Of a DNA stretch of 64,000 bases, positions 8,533-18,481 are shown one piece after another. The notes below the pieces were generated by a model, which was not told the origin of the DNA, ran no database searches, and saw only the letters and a list, made by a program, of their open reading frames with translations. The DNA is taken from positions 160,001-224,000 of IMG/VR virus record IMGVR_UViG_3300003375_000001. One strand, written 5' to 3'. The translations under genes and the position numbers were made by a program. The first letter of the stretch is position 1. Each line of letters opens with the position of its first letter. The DNA is from a virus. Taxonomy: Duplodnaviria; Caudoviricetes.

Positions 8533-9402
8533 TTAGACAGACGGTGTTGAGACAGGTGTAGTGTCTGGAGCAACAGGTGTAGTGTCTGGAGCAACAGGTG
8601 TAGTGTCTGGAGCAACAGGTGTAGTGTCTGGCTCTACCGCTGGCGTGTCCGTTGTGCCTGCCGTATCAGGTGCAGGTGCCTCAGGGACTTCTACAGACGG
8701 CTCCGAAGAGTCAGCGGCTGCTGGAATATCCTTTGCTTCCACATCGGTAATGGTATTAGCGTTCTGTGCGTCCGCAAGGGCTTGAGCCTTATTAGCCTCT
8801 TCCTGAGCGGCAGCTTGAGCCTTATCTCGCTGTTCCTGAACCAAAGGTTGCAAGACGTTGTAGAAGTGTTGTGCGATGCTTTGGCCTGACTTGATTACGT
8901 CTGCTGCGTCCGTAGAGTCTAGGCGGATGTCAATACCAGGAAAGTCCTTGTTACCATTAGCGTTAGACTTAGCCACCAGAGCAACACGGTCCTCGACTTC
9001 CGATGCGTATAGAACGTCAATCAGGTTGTAGGATACGCCTATGTCTGCTGCAAACTCTCTAAGCTGATACTCGTTTTCAAAGTTTCCGTCGATAACAACG
9101 GTCAGAAAGTTGCTAGCCGCTCTGAGAACTATGTCTGACAGACGTTCCATAGCCTTTGACTTAACATCATCCGGAATGCCAATTTGAAATACCTGTTGAC
9201 CAAACAAGCCTGGTGCTAGTTGTGCAATACCATTACTAGCGAGGACGCGAACCTTCTCGTTTGAACAACGAACAAGGAAGATGTTGCACATAAGGGTCTT
9301 GTTCAACAAGGCTAACCTCACGTTGTCGGTATACCGTGTAATAACAAGGTCTTGCTCAGGTGCTTGTGTGTCAGGTGTGGTTTGAGTTTGTTCGGTAGTC
9401 AT
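8533..9402 (-). CDS. hypothetical protein with a Pro/Thr-rich C-terminal tail
   Basis: 289-aa ORF with PDTTPVA repeats. Confidence 0.7.
   Translation of the reverse strand: MTTEQTQTTPDTQAPEQDLVITRYTDNVRLALLNKTLMCNIFLVRCSNEKVRVLASNGIAQLAPGLFGQQVFQIGIPDDVKSKAMERLSDIVLRAASNFLTVVIDGNFENEYQLREFAADIGVSYNLIDVLYASEVEDRVALVAKSNANGNKDFPGIDIRLDSTDAADVIKSGQSIAQHFYNVLQPLVQEQRDKAQAAAQEEANKAQALADAQNANTITDVEAKDIPAAADSSEPSVEVPEAPAPDTAGTTDTPAVEPDTTPVAPDTTPVAPDTTPVAPDTTPVSTPSV
8552..8631 (+). repeat. 21-bp tandem repeat (about 3.8 copies), in-frame
   Basis: Unit ACAGGTGTAGTGTCTGGAGCA. Confidence 0.9.
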
Positions 9403-10434
9403 TTAAGCGTACTCTTTGAAGTTGATTTTAGCAAGGGTGAAAGACTTATCGACTAGTGTTTCTACAAAGTCGGGGAGTTGTTTTCCTACTAGATTATAGG
9501 AAACAGATTCAGCAAAAAGCTCATGTACGTTTTTTGTGGCGTACTCGGTTACTAACGGCGTAGGCTTTTGGGTTTTAAGGTCTACACCGATCTTGGGCCA
9601 AAGACGCACAATCTCATCTTTATTGCCTGTAGCTATTAAGGTATTTAACTCAGGCACGGAGAGTCCTCGAACGTGCCTTAAATAGTACAAAGCGTACTTG
9701 GCGGGGTCTTTGAGTTCTTCATCAAGACTAGACAGCCACTCTTTAACGGTATCTACTTCAGAGCCTGCGAAGGAATGTACCAATACCTTGTTGTCTTCCT
9801 TAGATATAGACTTGGTAGCTATAGACCCGTTATACGCTTTGATCCAAGAGGCATGGGCTTTCTGGTTTTGACGCACTAGCAAGAAGTCCATTGCGTGCGC
9901 TTCCTCGTGGGCTACCAGATACGTGTAGTCCTCTGTAGGCGTTGTAGGCTTGGGGCAATATTCTATCTTACTAAACCTCTTACTCAAGTCTTTTGAATGA
10001 GAGTAGGAGCCTAAGTATTTGGGCAGAGGTGCATGGACCTCTCTATTTACAGGAAGCTTAGAAAGGTCAATGCCACGCTTTTTGTAAGCCTTGTATCCGT
10101 TAGCCAGGGCATCAAACAGAATCTCGCGTTGCTCTTTCTTCATGCGCGTGAAGAAAAAGATTTCACCTAGGTCAGGATGTTCTTTGCTACCAAGGTACAA
10201 ACGATCAAGGTGAAACCCATATACGACACCTGGGTGCGGTTTAGCTCCCAAGTTCATTATGATGGTTTCACCTTTAACTTCAACCTGAGTATTCTTTGTG
10301 TGAGGCTCAACCTGAAGTACGCCAAAAACAAAACCCTCTTTGTTTACACTTCTTACCTTAATAAGAGCATCTATGTCTTTTCCGCTTGCGTTGCGGTTAC
10401 GCGATATAACGTAGTCACCAGGTTGAGCATTCAT
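9403..10434 (-). CDS. zincin-like metallopeptidase domain protein
   Basis: HExxH motif VAHEEAHAMD and downstream EYATKNVHELFAES; start moved to ATG 10434 (MNAQPGD). Confidence 0.7.
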   Translation of the reverse strand: MNAQPGDYVISRNRNASGKDIDALIKVRSVNKEGFVFGVLQVEPHTKNTQVEVKGETIIMNLGAKPHPGVVYGFHLDRLYLGSKEHPDLGEIFFFTRMKKEQREILFDALANGYKAYKKRGIDLSKLPVNREVHAPLPKYLGSYSHSKDLSKRFSKIEYCPKPTTPTEDYTYLVAHEEAHAMDFLLVRQNQKAHASWIKAYNGSIATKSISKEDNKVLVHSFAGSEVDTVKEWLSSLDEELKDPAKYALYYLRHVRGLSVPELNTLIATGNKDEIVRLWPKIGVDLKTQKPTPLVTEYATKNVHELFAESVSYNLVGKQLPDFVETLVDKSFTLAKINFKEYA

Positions 10435-10441
10435 GGTAGGT

Positions 10442-10801
10442 CTATAGTGTATGTGAAGGGAACTCAGGAAGCGGAACTGTTCGCCCACTTAGAGAATGAG
10501 AAGAGTCGCTGTGAAATTGAATGAATCCGGCGTTTATGTTGTAATGACAGACATGAACTGGAATATTTTCAGAGGGGTCGTCTGGGTCTATGTAAGGACC
10601 AACGCGTATGTGCATACTAGGTCTAAAGGTCGGAGTCGTAACGTTACCGTCCCATGACCATATCGCACCGTTATAGTTAGGTTTAGTTAGGTTGAACAAA
10701 TGGACTTCACTACAGCCAGGACACCAGTGAGCTATCTGCTTACCATACGGACCGTCTTCACCAGTTATCAACTTAATAAAGGGGCTTAGAATAACACTCA
10801 T
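10442..10801 (-). CDS. DUF6527-like small Cys/His protein
   Basis: HWCPGC..H, W.WDGN...PTFRPS, CHY.I..G.IQFH.DSSH pattern. Confidence 0.65.
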   Translation of the reverse strand: MSVILSPFIKLITGEDGPYGKQIAHWCPGCSEVHLFNLTKPNYNGAIWSWDGNVTTPTFRPSMHIRVGPYIDPDDPSENIPVHVCHYNINAGFIQFHSDSSHSLSGRTVPLPEFPSHTL

Positions 10802-11319
10802 GTGTTACCTGACCACTGATTGAATTGCGTGTCATCAGGCTGACCAAGCAACCTAGTAACGTCATCCCACTGAGCCGAGTTAACTAGTTCTTGGAAGCCG
10901 GGGTGTAAAGGCTTAGGCATGTTATCGATACGGAACCATCCACTAGACTGCGTTTCGCTTAAGTCTAACTGCGGCTCTATCTCGCGCTGAACAACTGCCA
11001 TAAACGTAAAGAAGGGGAAGCGACCATTGCGGTTAGTAGCATACAGTAGAGTTAAGTCGTGAGGTAACACGTTGATGCTACATTCTTCCGCATGTTCTCT
11101 AACGGCAGTCTCGAAGGGGTGCTCACCTTCTTCACTAGTGCCACCGAAAGGCGCCCAGGTTCCGGGCTCAGGCGACATAGCACTGCGTTTACCTAAGAGA
11201 ACTGTCTGAGTGTGTGGGCATAGAAGCAGAATACCTGCGCCATAGGCACCCCTAATCGCGCAGGTCTCCTTTAGCTTTTCTGCAGCCTCCACACTTAACG
11301 TCTTTACTTGATAAGTCAT
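10798..11319 (-). CDS. NUDIX hydrolase
   Basis: Nudix box GGTSEEGEHPFETAVREHAEECSI. Confidence 0.88.
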   Translation of the reverse strand: MTYQVKTLSVEAAEKLKETCAIRGAYGAGILLLCPHTQTVLLGKRSAMSPEPGTWAPFGGTSEEGEHPFETAVREHAEECSINVLPHDLTLLYATNRNGRFPFFTFMAVVQREIEPQLDLSETQSSGWFRIDNMPKPLHPGFQELVNSAQWDDVTRLLGQPDDTQFNQWSGNT

Positions 11320-11509
11320 ATTTACAATCCTTAGACATTAGGTCTGGAATTTCTTTTATCTTGAATACCCTGACAGGTACTAAACACCCATCTCCATTCG
11401 AAACATTAACCAGGTCATTTAGGCGCAAGTGGTCAATAACGCCGTCGAGAACAGAGTAGGAATGAGAGCGAATACTATTATGGCATCCGTATACTGCTTG
11501 GTTACTCAT
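11252..11509 (-). CDS. small Cys-rich hypothetical protein
   Basis: CHN...CKY...CGGC; overlaps both neighbours. Confidence 0.55.
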   Translation of the reverse strand: MSNQAVYGCHNSIRSHSYSVLDGVIDHLRLNDLVNVSNGDGCLVPVRVFKIKEIPDLMSKDCKYDLSSKDVKCGGCRKAKGDLRD

Positions 11510-12200
11510 AGTCTTCAGTTTCTTCTAGGCTGTTATAGGACTCAAAGGCCTCACCAGACAGCAGTCTAACGTAGCAAAGTTTGCGGGTGTCTAGCGCCTT
11601 AATCATCAAGACAGTAGCCTCTTTTTTACGCCCTACCATCCAGGTTCGTGCTATGTCATAAGCCTTAGACGTTTGCAGCAGGCTTCTACGCTGATTGACC
11701 TTTCCAATCATCTTACCGTACGCGTCTATGTCAAACTGGTTTGGGTCAACCGTTACCAAGTATAGGTACAGAATCTCTATCATGCCAGCCTTAGACGCCT
11801 TGAGTACTGTGTCCAATACGTTAGCATCGCCGTTACGCCTATCCGGATGGTACCTAGACACCAACTTTCTAGTATACTTGGCTATAGTGGTTTGGTCCAC
11901 TTTAGACGTTACGGTTGTCCTATCATTTATAAGAGAGGTCAAAGAATAGGTAGCTTCCGTTATGTTAACTCTGACACCCTCAGTAGCTCTAGTTAACAGC
12001 AGTTGTTCATAGTCATTGGCTAGAACAGCTATGTCTGTCACAAGACTCTTTATTACCTCAGAGGTCCTTGTTATCTCCTGAAGGATTCTTTCAATCCCAG
12101 AAGCAAAGTTAGTAAGCCCCTGTGTCGCAGCCGTCAGTATCTCCAGTTTGCTCGTTAGGGTTACGTCCCTGTACCGAACCAATGCGTACTGGTTGTGCAT
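11502..12200 (-). CDS. J-domain (DnaJ-like) containing protein
   Basis: YTRKLVSRYHPDRRNGDA, the HPD motif in a J-domain helix context. Confidence 0.65.
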   Translation of the reverse strand: MHNQYALVRYRDVTLTSKLEILTAATQGLTNFASGIERILQEITRTSEVIKSLVTDIAVLANDYEQLLLTRATEGVRVNITEATYSLTSLINDRTTVTSKVDQTTIAKYTRKLVSRYHPDRRNGDANVLDTVLKASKAGMIEILYLYLVTVDPNQFDIDAYGKMIGKVNQRRSLLQTSKAYDIARTWMVGRKKEATVLMIKALDTRKLCYVRLLSGEAFESYNSLEETEDYE

Positions 12201-12576
12201 GTATCTTCTTTCTGTAGAAGTGACTTTTTGAAGGGAAGAAATAAAGCCGAATAACTCCGCGTGCGTACACTTCAGCAGCAGGGTCCCTGATAGGTTGCAA
12301 TATGTCTACCAGAACACGAAAGTTAGTAGGGTCATGTAGTAACGGCATGTTAGTACAGGTGACCCTAGAACTCATCTTTATCATCCAGAATATCTTTCTA
12401 TCGAAATGGTCTACAACCAAGTCGCGTAGAGCCTGGAACAGAGCACTTGCGTTCTCGAAGCGTGTCTTTGGCGGAAACCTAAATTCGATGTATCGAGAGT
12501 TCAGGTCTTGGGCTTCCATTACGGATACGCTAAGAACTTCTGTATCGTCATCCGTATCGTTCTGTGAGGTGGGCAT
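12109..12576 (-). CDS. hypothetical protein
   Basis: 155-aa ORF with a 92-nt 3' overlap with the next gene. Confidence 0.55.
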   Translation of the reverse strand: MPTSQNDTDDDTEVLSVSVMEAQDLNSRYIEFRFPPKTRFENASALFQALRDLVVDHFDRKIFWMIKMSSRVTCTNMPLLHDPTNFRVLVDILQPIRDPAAEVYARGVIRLYFFPSKSHFYRKKIHAQPVRIGSVQGRNPNEQTGDTDGCDTGAY

Positions 12577-12582
12577 GGTTAG

Positions 12583-12897
12583 TCACTTTAAAGGATTTCC
12601 ATTCTCGTCCAACCTAAAAGCCTTTTGAACTACCGTGGACAGAGCCTTAAAGTAAGCAGCACAGTCCACGTATATAGTTGTCCACGCTTCATAGTTGGAC
12701 TTTACGTCGTCAGGTGACTTGCCTTCGATGAGAGGAAGAGGTTTCTTACAGTGATCAAATAGCTTAGGGTCAATCACTATAGACTTGGTGTCTGCTGTTG
12801 CCACGGCAGACACGTCCTTGGTAATAGCATCCGTGTTTGCGCACCCGACGCATAAAAATGTTGACAATACCAAGGTAGACATAAGATTCGTTTTCAT
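12583..12897 (-). CDS. o-spanin (Rz1-like outer-membrane lipoprotein)
   Basis: Signal peptide with lipobox VGC, two further Cys, Pro-rich segment; 4-nt overlap downstream of the i-spanin-like gene. Confidence 0.75.
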   Translation of the reverse strand: MKTNLMSTLVLSTFLCVGCANTDAITKDVSAVATADTKSIVIDPKLFDHCKKPLPLIEGKSPDDVKSNYEAWTTIYVDCAAYFKALSTVVQKAFRLDENGNPLK

Positions 12898-13334
12898 TTA
12901 GTTTCCTTCGTCTGCAAAGCCTGGTTTGCGCTAGTAATAAGGTTGTTGAGATCCGATATAAACGCGTCGGTAAACTGAGGTACTACCACAGATGGAGAAG
13001 ATGCCGTGGAGCTTACTGAAGGGACTGGACACTGGATAGCCACGTACTTTATCTTTACTGGCTGACTGGCCACGGTTGTTTCTTGCGTATGAACTGCGTC
13101 AGACGCTTTGACGCCTGCTACTGCTGCCGTGGTTTGAACACTAGCTACTGCCGTGTCTTTATTGGCTTTCAGCTTAGCCAGGTCACTGTCACATATTTTT
13201 CTAGCGTCGTCATAGCCTTCTTGATAATGAACGCTTAACTGGTGTTCGTATAAGAAGTAAACACCTATTAGGGCTGCGGCTGACAGACCTACTTTTATTA
13301 AGGCTGAATAGGGATTGAGGTCGCTTACATTCAT
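12894..13334 (-). CDS. i-spanin (Rz-like inner-membrane protein)
   Basis: N-terminal TM segment LIKVGLSAAALIGVYFLY followed by an Ala-rich helical periplasmic domain; paired with the lipoprotein gene. Confidence 0.7.
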   Translation of the reverse strand: MNVSDLNPYSALIKVGLSAAALIGVYFLYEHQLSVHYQEGYDDARKICDSDLAKLKANKDTAVASVQTTAAVAGVKASDAVHTQETTVASQPVKIKYVAIQCPVPSVSSTASSPSVVVPQFTDAFISDLNNLITSANQALQTKETK

Positions 13335-14338
13335 ACAATTAACTTTCTTAGCTTGTTGAGGAGGGGGAATGGCATCTTGCAGGGGTCGTAGTCACCTTCG
13401 TACTCCCATAGCTTGAATACCTTAACTTCGTCTACCGCTTCAGGGAGAGGTACAGCTACACGAATTACCTCTCCCTGATTGTTAACCCTATTACCTGTTA
13501 CCATTAAGTCTGCTGCGGCTTTACCTGCGTCATCGCCGTCAGTACACAGTACAAATCTTTCTGCTCCATGCTGCTGAAGAAGGAATATCTTTTCTGACGA
13601 CCAGGACTGTGTTCCTAGTATTGCGATAGCTGGTATACCAGCGAGCAACAAACGTAAGGCGTCTCTAGGTCCTTCTACTAGCACTACGGTTTTCAAGCCT
13701 CGGTCTCTCATAAGCTTAGACGACTGATCAAACATCAGTAAGCCTTTATTCTTAGACCAGAAACCAGGGGCATTTAGGTATGACGGATAGGATCTATCAA
13801 CTGACTTTTGGGGGTACGCCTTGACGTAGCCTACTAACTGATGGTTTACGTTGACAGGTATCCATACAAAGTATCGTTCCTTGTCCTTATGATAGGCTAT
13901 CTTACAGCCTAGTTTAGCTAGGAACGTCAGCTTAAAACCCCGCCACCTGTCTTCAAGGCCCAGCATATAGGCGTTAGTCAGAAGGTCGTAGTACTTTAGG
14001 GGTTCTGTACCTAGCTCTACAGCAGTATCTTCTAGGAGGTCTGCATCATAAAGGTCAAAGCTAGTCGACGGTATCTTGTCCGACTTCTTGTTATCGAAAC
14101 CTTGAAGGCCTGTCGTACTAGCATACTCGTTCCAGGGCTCATTGGCCCCGCAGGCATAGCACTTAGTCCAACCTATCGATCCTGGATAGCGTAGGTTATG
14201 GCTAACACGCAAACTAGGACTATTGTCAGAATGCCAAGGACACTTAACCATTGTGTAAGATGACCCATGACGAGCTCCAGTAACTTTACGAAGTTGATCC
14301 TTTACGAACGCAACCTTTTCCTCAGGGTCTTGACTCAT
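13331..14338 (-). CDS. dnaG: DNA primase (zinc finger + TOPRIM)
   Basis: CPWHSDNSPSL...CYACG zinc-binding domain; TOPRIM VLVEGPRDAL and DGDDAG. Confidence 0.9.
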   Translation of the reverse strand: MSQDPEEKVAFVKDQLRKVTGARHGSSYTMVKCPWHSDNSPSLRVSHNLRYPGSIGWTKCYACGANEPWNEYASTTGLQGFDNKKSDKIPSTSFDLYDADLLEDTAVELGTEPLKYYDLLTNAYMLGLEDRWRGFKLTFLAKLGCKIAYHKDKERYFVWIPVNVNHQLVGYVKAYPQKSVDRSYPSYLNAPGFWSKNKGLLMFDQSSKLMRDRGLKTVVLVEGPRDALRLLLAGIPAIAILGTQSWSSEKIFLLQQHGAERFVLCTDGDDAGKAAADLMVTGNRVNNQGEVIRVAVPLPEAVDEVKVFKLWEYEGDYDPCKMPFPLLNKLRKLIV

Positions 14339-14897
14339 AGCTATTCAGACTAAATAGGTTGGCTTCCAATGCAGCAAACCTCTTTCCTGTTTCCATGCCT
14401 GACCACTTAACCCACTTGGCAGTTAGACGTGCAGGCATTAGTTTTACCGAGAAGGCTTGCATAGGTTTGAACCTGTAAGCCCACCAGTCATTACGGCAAG
14501 AGGCCTGAACAAAAGTGTCCATATCCGCTATATTAGTTATAGCGAGTAAAGCGTTGTTACCACTATAAAAACCGTACAAGTAGGTAGGCAGGCCTACTAC
14601 TTCAAAGGATATAGATTCCTCGTCTGCGGTATAGGATACGCCTAAGCTGTTCCATTCAACTCCCTGGCCTTCTCCTCCTAGATGTTCAACTGGCGAGTTG
14701 GTATACATGTGAACAGCGGTAGGGCCGCGGCTCCACTTGTTCGTGGTAATGTAGTGAGCGTGGGCATTATCACCAACAATAGACCTTGACGCGGGAAGTA
14801 CAAACGGTTTGTCAGTATACAGGGTTAGATAAAATAAGAAGGTGTTGTCAGGCATACTTTGTAGCCTTTCTATAGCTCTTGTCATTAACAGCATCAT
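14322..14897 (-). CDS. hypothetical protein (start may be ATG 14855, MPDNTF)
   Basis: 191-aa ORF between the polymerase and primase genes. Confidence 0.6.
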   Translation of the reverse strand: MMLLMTRAIERLQSMPDNTFLFYLTLYTDKPFVLPASRSIVGDNAHAHYITTNKWSRGPTAVHMYTNSPVEHLGGEGQGVEWNSLGVSYTADEESISFEVVGLPTYLYGFYSGNNALLAITNIADMDTFVQASCRNDWWAYRFKPMQAFSVKLMPARLTAKWVKWSGMETGKRFAALEANLFSLNSYESRP

Positions 14898-17800
14898 TGG
14901 ACTCGGGGAGCTTGTACTTGGCAGCGAGCTTAATAAGTCTACGTTCTACCTCTTTGTCCTTAACTGCTAACAGGGGATAATTGTCAATAAGGTATCTTCG
15001 TTTTTCTGGGTCGTTAAGTGGAGCAAAGATAGTGGCAAGAACTTTAGCTCTATGCTTGGCGGGTAGAATATTTAGCTTGATCTGATCGTCAACGGCTGCT
15101 TCTATTACTGCGCCTAAGCTACTATCAGGTGACTTGCTATCTTCCAGAGCTTTAGCCGTACGTTGCTGAATTACTTGCCAGTCCCATTTGTGAGAGTTGT
15201 CTTCCGAAGCCGATACTTCCAGTTCGATTTCAGGCTCTATATTCATCTTCCATCCGAACTCTTCCTCATAGTACTGAGCAAGCCCATGTGTGGCCATATG
15301 GCTCTTTATAAGGAGAGAAGGAATCACCAAGTAGTAAGGCTGTAGGTAGTAGTTAGCATCATGGACTGGTTTTTGGTAGTGAGGCCATAGCTTAGGGTTT
15401 TCCAAGTCGTAGCCAAACTGCCTCATATACTTGTCTATCTCTCTGAGCACAAGGTAACCCGAGGTAGAGCCTGCTTCAGATGCGATACCTTGAATAGGAG
15501 AGTTCTTAGCCCGACGACTAGCGTCAGCAACGAACTTAGGCTTCTCGGTAATGACCCGCCATATATTGCGACGCCGGCCTAGGTTTGATATCAACCACTG
15601 CTTCTCTTCTACCGAGTCAACGCAATAGTCAATGAACTCCTTGCCCTTGCTGAAAGCCTCAAACATTTTGTCGATGATCTCTTGAGCATATTCCTTATCC
15701 TTCTTCAGGTCACGAGCAAGTGTGGCTGAAGATTTTCCGTATAAAACCCCGAATATTATTTGCTTAATGGAATCTCGTAAAGGATCAGACTTCTCAATCC
15801 ACTTACCAAAAAACCGGAAGACGTTCTGAATGTGAAGGTCACCTTTTGTCTTAAGCTGCTTAACTAGTTCCTCTATAGTGGAAGCGACAGCCACCAGAAG
15901 TTCTTTTCTCAGGGCCTGACCTGCTCTGAAACTCTCAGCTAGAGCAGGGTCATTAGCCATTAGTCCCCAAAACCTTACTTCGTTAGCGGAGAAGTCCCAC
16001 TTAACTTGGAGATAGCCTAGAGGCGCCGTAAACATGCGCTTAATGTACTTGGCTGAAGGCCCACGAGAGGGCACCTGCTGTAGTGAAGGTTTAAATGAAT
16101 TTAGACGACCAGTAACTACATTGAAGAAACCAAAAGATGGACGAAGACAATGGTCCAAAGCAGAGTCAACGCTCTTAACGATCTGGTTGTACCACCCCTT
16201 AACGTAGGTAGATAAGAGCTTGGCAGCTTTACCTCGTTCTTCATAAAGCTTGACTTCAGGGTAATTATCAGAATAGGTCTTAAGGAATAGTTTGTCAATA
16301 GCAGGTTTGCCTGTAGACGTAGTAGACACGGGGTCTAGGCCCATCACAGTAAAGAACAGCATGGCCTTGTGGTCAGGCTTGTTAGGCTCGAATACAAACT
16401 GTGTCTTACCAAACAGCGAACTACCCTGAACGTTCTTTTCCTTTAGTAGCCTCTTGTTAGCCTCTATGACGTTAGGGGACTTCTTTAGTTCTGCGTCAAC
16501 ATCTTGAATCACCTTCAAAAGAGGTGATTCCTTACTCATAAGAAATTGCAAGTAGTCGGTGTCAAGATGAGAGCCTGACTGATGGTTATGGCTGATACCT
16601 AATACGGTATTCGACATCTGCTTAGAAACATGCCGATAGTAAAACTTTTCATAAGTCTTACCTGGAGATAACTTGATTCGTCTAGCCCTAGCCAGTTGTT
16701 GCCGACGAATACCTAGTACGGACTGGGTATCTGCAACACAGTAGTTTTGCGCGGGTACGTCTTTAAGGATATCAACGTGCCCGATTGTGCTCCGTTGTTC
16801 TTTTGAAAACGAGGCCGTGTAATAGTAGTCGTTACCGTAGTGACAGAAAAGATTACGTAGGTTACCCATCGTCGTCTTTTCACGAACTCCACCTCCAGTG
16901 TCAAACTTGAAGCGGTCCATTAGACCCACGTTTTCATCCAGAAGTACTTCACCAGCAGTCACGTCCCATACCTTGTGGTATAGATAGGGTATCTTAAGCT
17001 TAGCCCGGATAACGCGAGTGTCAAAGGCTAGGTTAGTACCAACAAACTCCTTGACCTTCTTGTTTGTGGCAAAGAACTTGCGGAGCTTACCTTCTATGTA
17101 CTCTAACTCTTCCTCGTTGAAACACGTCTTAGGATGACGCCAAGGAAGTAGAAAACCTTCTGTCTCGTCAAAGGAAAACTGAGCAGTGTAGATTGTGTTA
17201 TGCTCACTTTCAAGATTCTCTGTTTCTAAGTCAAAGCCTATTGGTTCCTCTGTTTTGACCAATCTACTAAATAGTACGTCAAACTTTTCGATGGTATCAA
17301 CTACCGTACACTTAGGCTTTATGTGAGATAAGTCGTGAAGGTGTTTGCCGGCAAAGGCATTCATCAGGTTACGGGCAACGAAGTACAGTAAGTCGGCTGC
17401 TCCTGACACGTCGTCAAAGTCTGATTCGTCATCGTCTATAGTAGCACCGCCCGGATTATACAAACTCTCAAGGTCGAGAGTAGTAGTTACCTTGGCCTCT
17501 GTTTCGCCGAAGGTACAAGTGTGTACCCAGCCTCTCTTATACTGAAAGTTGTCTACTTGATGGCCTATAAGATTGCTAGCAGCCGCGTCACCCATAATGA
17601 TGACATCCGTCGGCTTTAGCCTATCTATTATTTGAGTTACGCGCTTTGAGCACGCACGTTCTGCGTTCAGCCTGTCCGTACCTTTCTTGTGGTAGAACTT
17701 AGCTGCGTTAAAGTTAACGACGGCGATGGAAGCCTCAAAGTCTTTAGGCTCCTTAAAGTATTCTTGGAGAAGACCCCAGGCTGCTTGATTCACGTTGGTA

Positions 17801-18033
17801 AACGTGGGAATCATTGCGTTTGCTTCGTGGTTCTTTATTTTGAGGCTATGGAACAACTCACCATTCTTTATGTCAATAGAATCCATAGACTCAAGGACAT
17901 AAAGAATACGGCGTTTTGCCGTTTTCCAAGTAGAGTGAACTTTGGGAACAATCTCGTATCCGTCTTCAATTGCGAGACGGCTAAATGACTCTACAGGTGT
18001 TAGCTGACTAACGAGGCGTTTGAAGGAAGGCAT
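14848..18033 (-). CDS. polA: family A DNA polymerase with an N-terminal UDG-like domain and 3'-5' exonuclease
   Basis: ExoI GFDLET; ExoII NLAFD; ExoIII YCVAD; TGRLNS..P.LQQVP; motif A DFSANEVR; motif B RDSIKQIIFGVLYG; motif C VHDA; start set at ATG 18033 (track uses TTG 18099). Confidence 0.95.
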   Translation of the reverse strand: MPSFKRLVSQLTPVESFSRLAIEDGYEIVPKVHSTWKTAKRRILYVLESMDSIDIKNGELFHSLKIKNHEANAMIPTFTNVNQAAWGLLQEYFKEPKDFEASIAVVNFNAAKFYHKKGTDRLNAERACSKRVTQIIDRLKPTDVIIMGDAAASNLIGHQVDNFQYKRGWVHTCTFGETEAKVTTTLDLESLYNPGGATIDDDESDFDDVSGAADLLYFVARNLMNAFAGKHLHDLSHIKPKCTVVDTIEKFDVLFSRLVKTEEPIGFDLETENLESEHNTIYTAQFSFDETEGFLLPWRHPKTCFNEEELEYIEGKLRKFFATNKKVKEFVGTNLAFDTRVIRAKLKIPYLYHKVWDVTAGEVLLDENVGLMDRFKFDTGGGVREKTTMGNLRNLFCHYGNDYYYTASFSKEQRSTIGHVDILKDVPAQNYCVADTQSVLGIRRQQLARARRIKLSPGKTYEKFYYRHVSKQMSNTVLGISHNHQSGSHLDTDYLQFLMSKESPLLKVIQDVDAELKKSPNVIEANKRLLKEKNVQGSSLFGKTQFVFEPNKPDHKAMLFFTVMGLDPVSTTSTGKPAIDKLFLKTYSDNYPEVKLYEERGKAAKLLSTYVKGWYNQIVKSVDSALDHCLRPSFGFFNVVTGRLNSFKPSLQQVPSRGPSAKYIKRMFTAPLGYLQVKWDFSANEVRFWGLMANDPALAESFRAGQALRKELLVAVASTIEELVKQLKTKGDLHIQNVFRFFGKWIEKSDPLRDSIKQIIFGVLYGKSSATLARDLKKDKEYAQEIIDKMFEAFSKGKEFIDYCVDSVEEKQWLISNLGRRRNIWRVITEKPKFVADASRRAKNSPIQGIASEAGSTSGYLVLREIDKYMRQFGYDLENPKLWPHYQKPVHDANYYLQPYYLVIPSLLIKSHMATHGLAQYYEEEFGWKMNIEPEIELEVSASEDNSHKWDWQVIQQRTAKALEDSKSPDSSLGAVIEAAVDDQIKLNILPAKHRAKVLATIFAPLNDPEKRRYLIDNYPLLAVKDKEVERRLIKLAAKYKLPESNDAVNDKSYRKATKYA

Positions 18034-18067
18034 ATGGATGTAAGGGAGAAGCCTGCTGATACTGCGA

Positions 18068-18074
18068 TTAACAG
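18068..18074 (-). promoter_or_regulatory. ACTGTTAA upstream motif
   Basis: 35 nt upstream of the polymerase ATG 18033. Confidence 0.5.
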
Positions 18075-18091
18075 TAGGAGCAGGCTTCAGG

Positions 18092-18478
18092 TTAGGCAAA
18101 GGACATAGTTACAGTGGCAGGGCTAGTACCTGTAAATGTGAACCTTACCGCAGTGGGCACTTGCAGAGCAGGGTCTTGCGCAGGTGTATCGGCTGTCATA
18201 CTGGCTAAGGCCGTACGCCAGTGATACTGAGCTGGACCGCCTTCAGAGTCTTGGAGAATACGATCTGCGTTTAGAGCAGACTGGGTAATCTCTATCTTGA
18301 CATTTGCAGCACCAGCACCGTATGACATAAAGGTGGGGACGCGTTCTAGCGGACGAACCATGCTAGTAACAGGTACTACTACGATGGAGCCTGTAGAGGC
18401 TGTACCGTCATACCCGATATCTATCATTTGACTTCCAGAAGGACGGGCCCTGGAAGTACGTTTAACGATTATGGACAT
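18092..18478 (-). CDS. hypothetical protein
   Basis: 128-aa beta-rich ORF. Confidence 0.65.
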   Translation of the reverse strand: MSIIVKRTSRARPSGSQMIDIGYDGTASTGSIVVVPVTSMVRPLERVPTFMSYGAGAANVKIEITQSALNADRILQDSEGGPAQYHWRTALASMTADTPAQDPALQVPTAVRFTFTGTSPATVTMSFA

Positions 18479-18481
18479 AGG

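Noticed and set aside
8552-8631. 21-bp tandem repeat as a CRISPR array or origin iterons
   Set aside because: No spacers; it encodes PDTTPVA repeats within an ORF.
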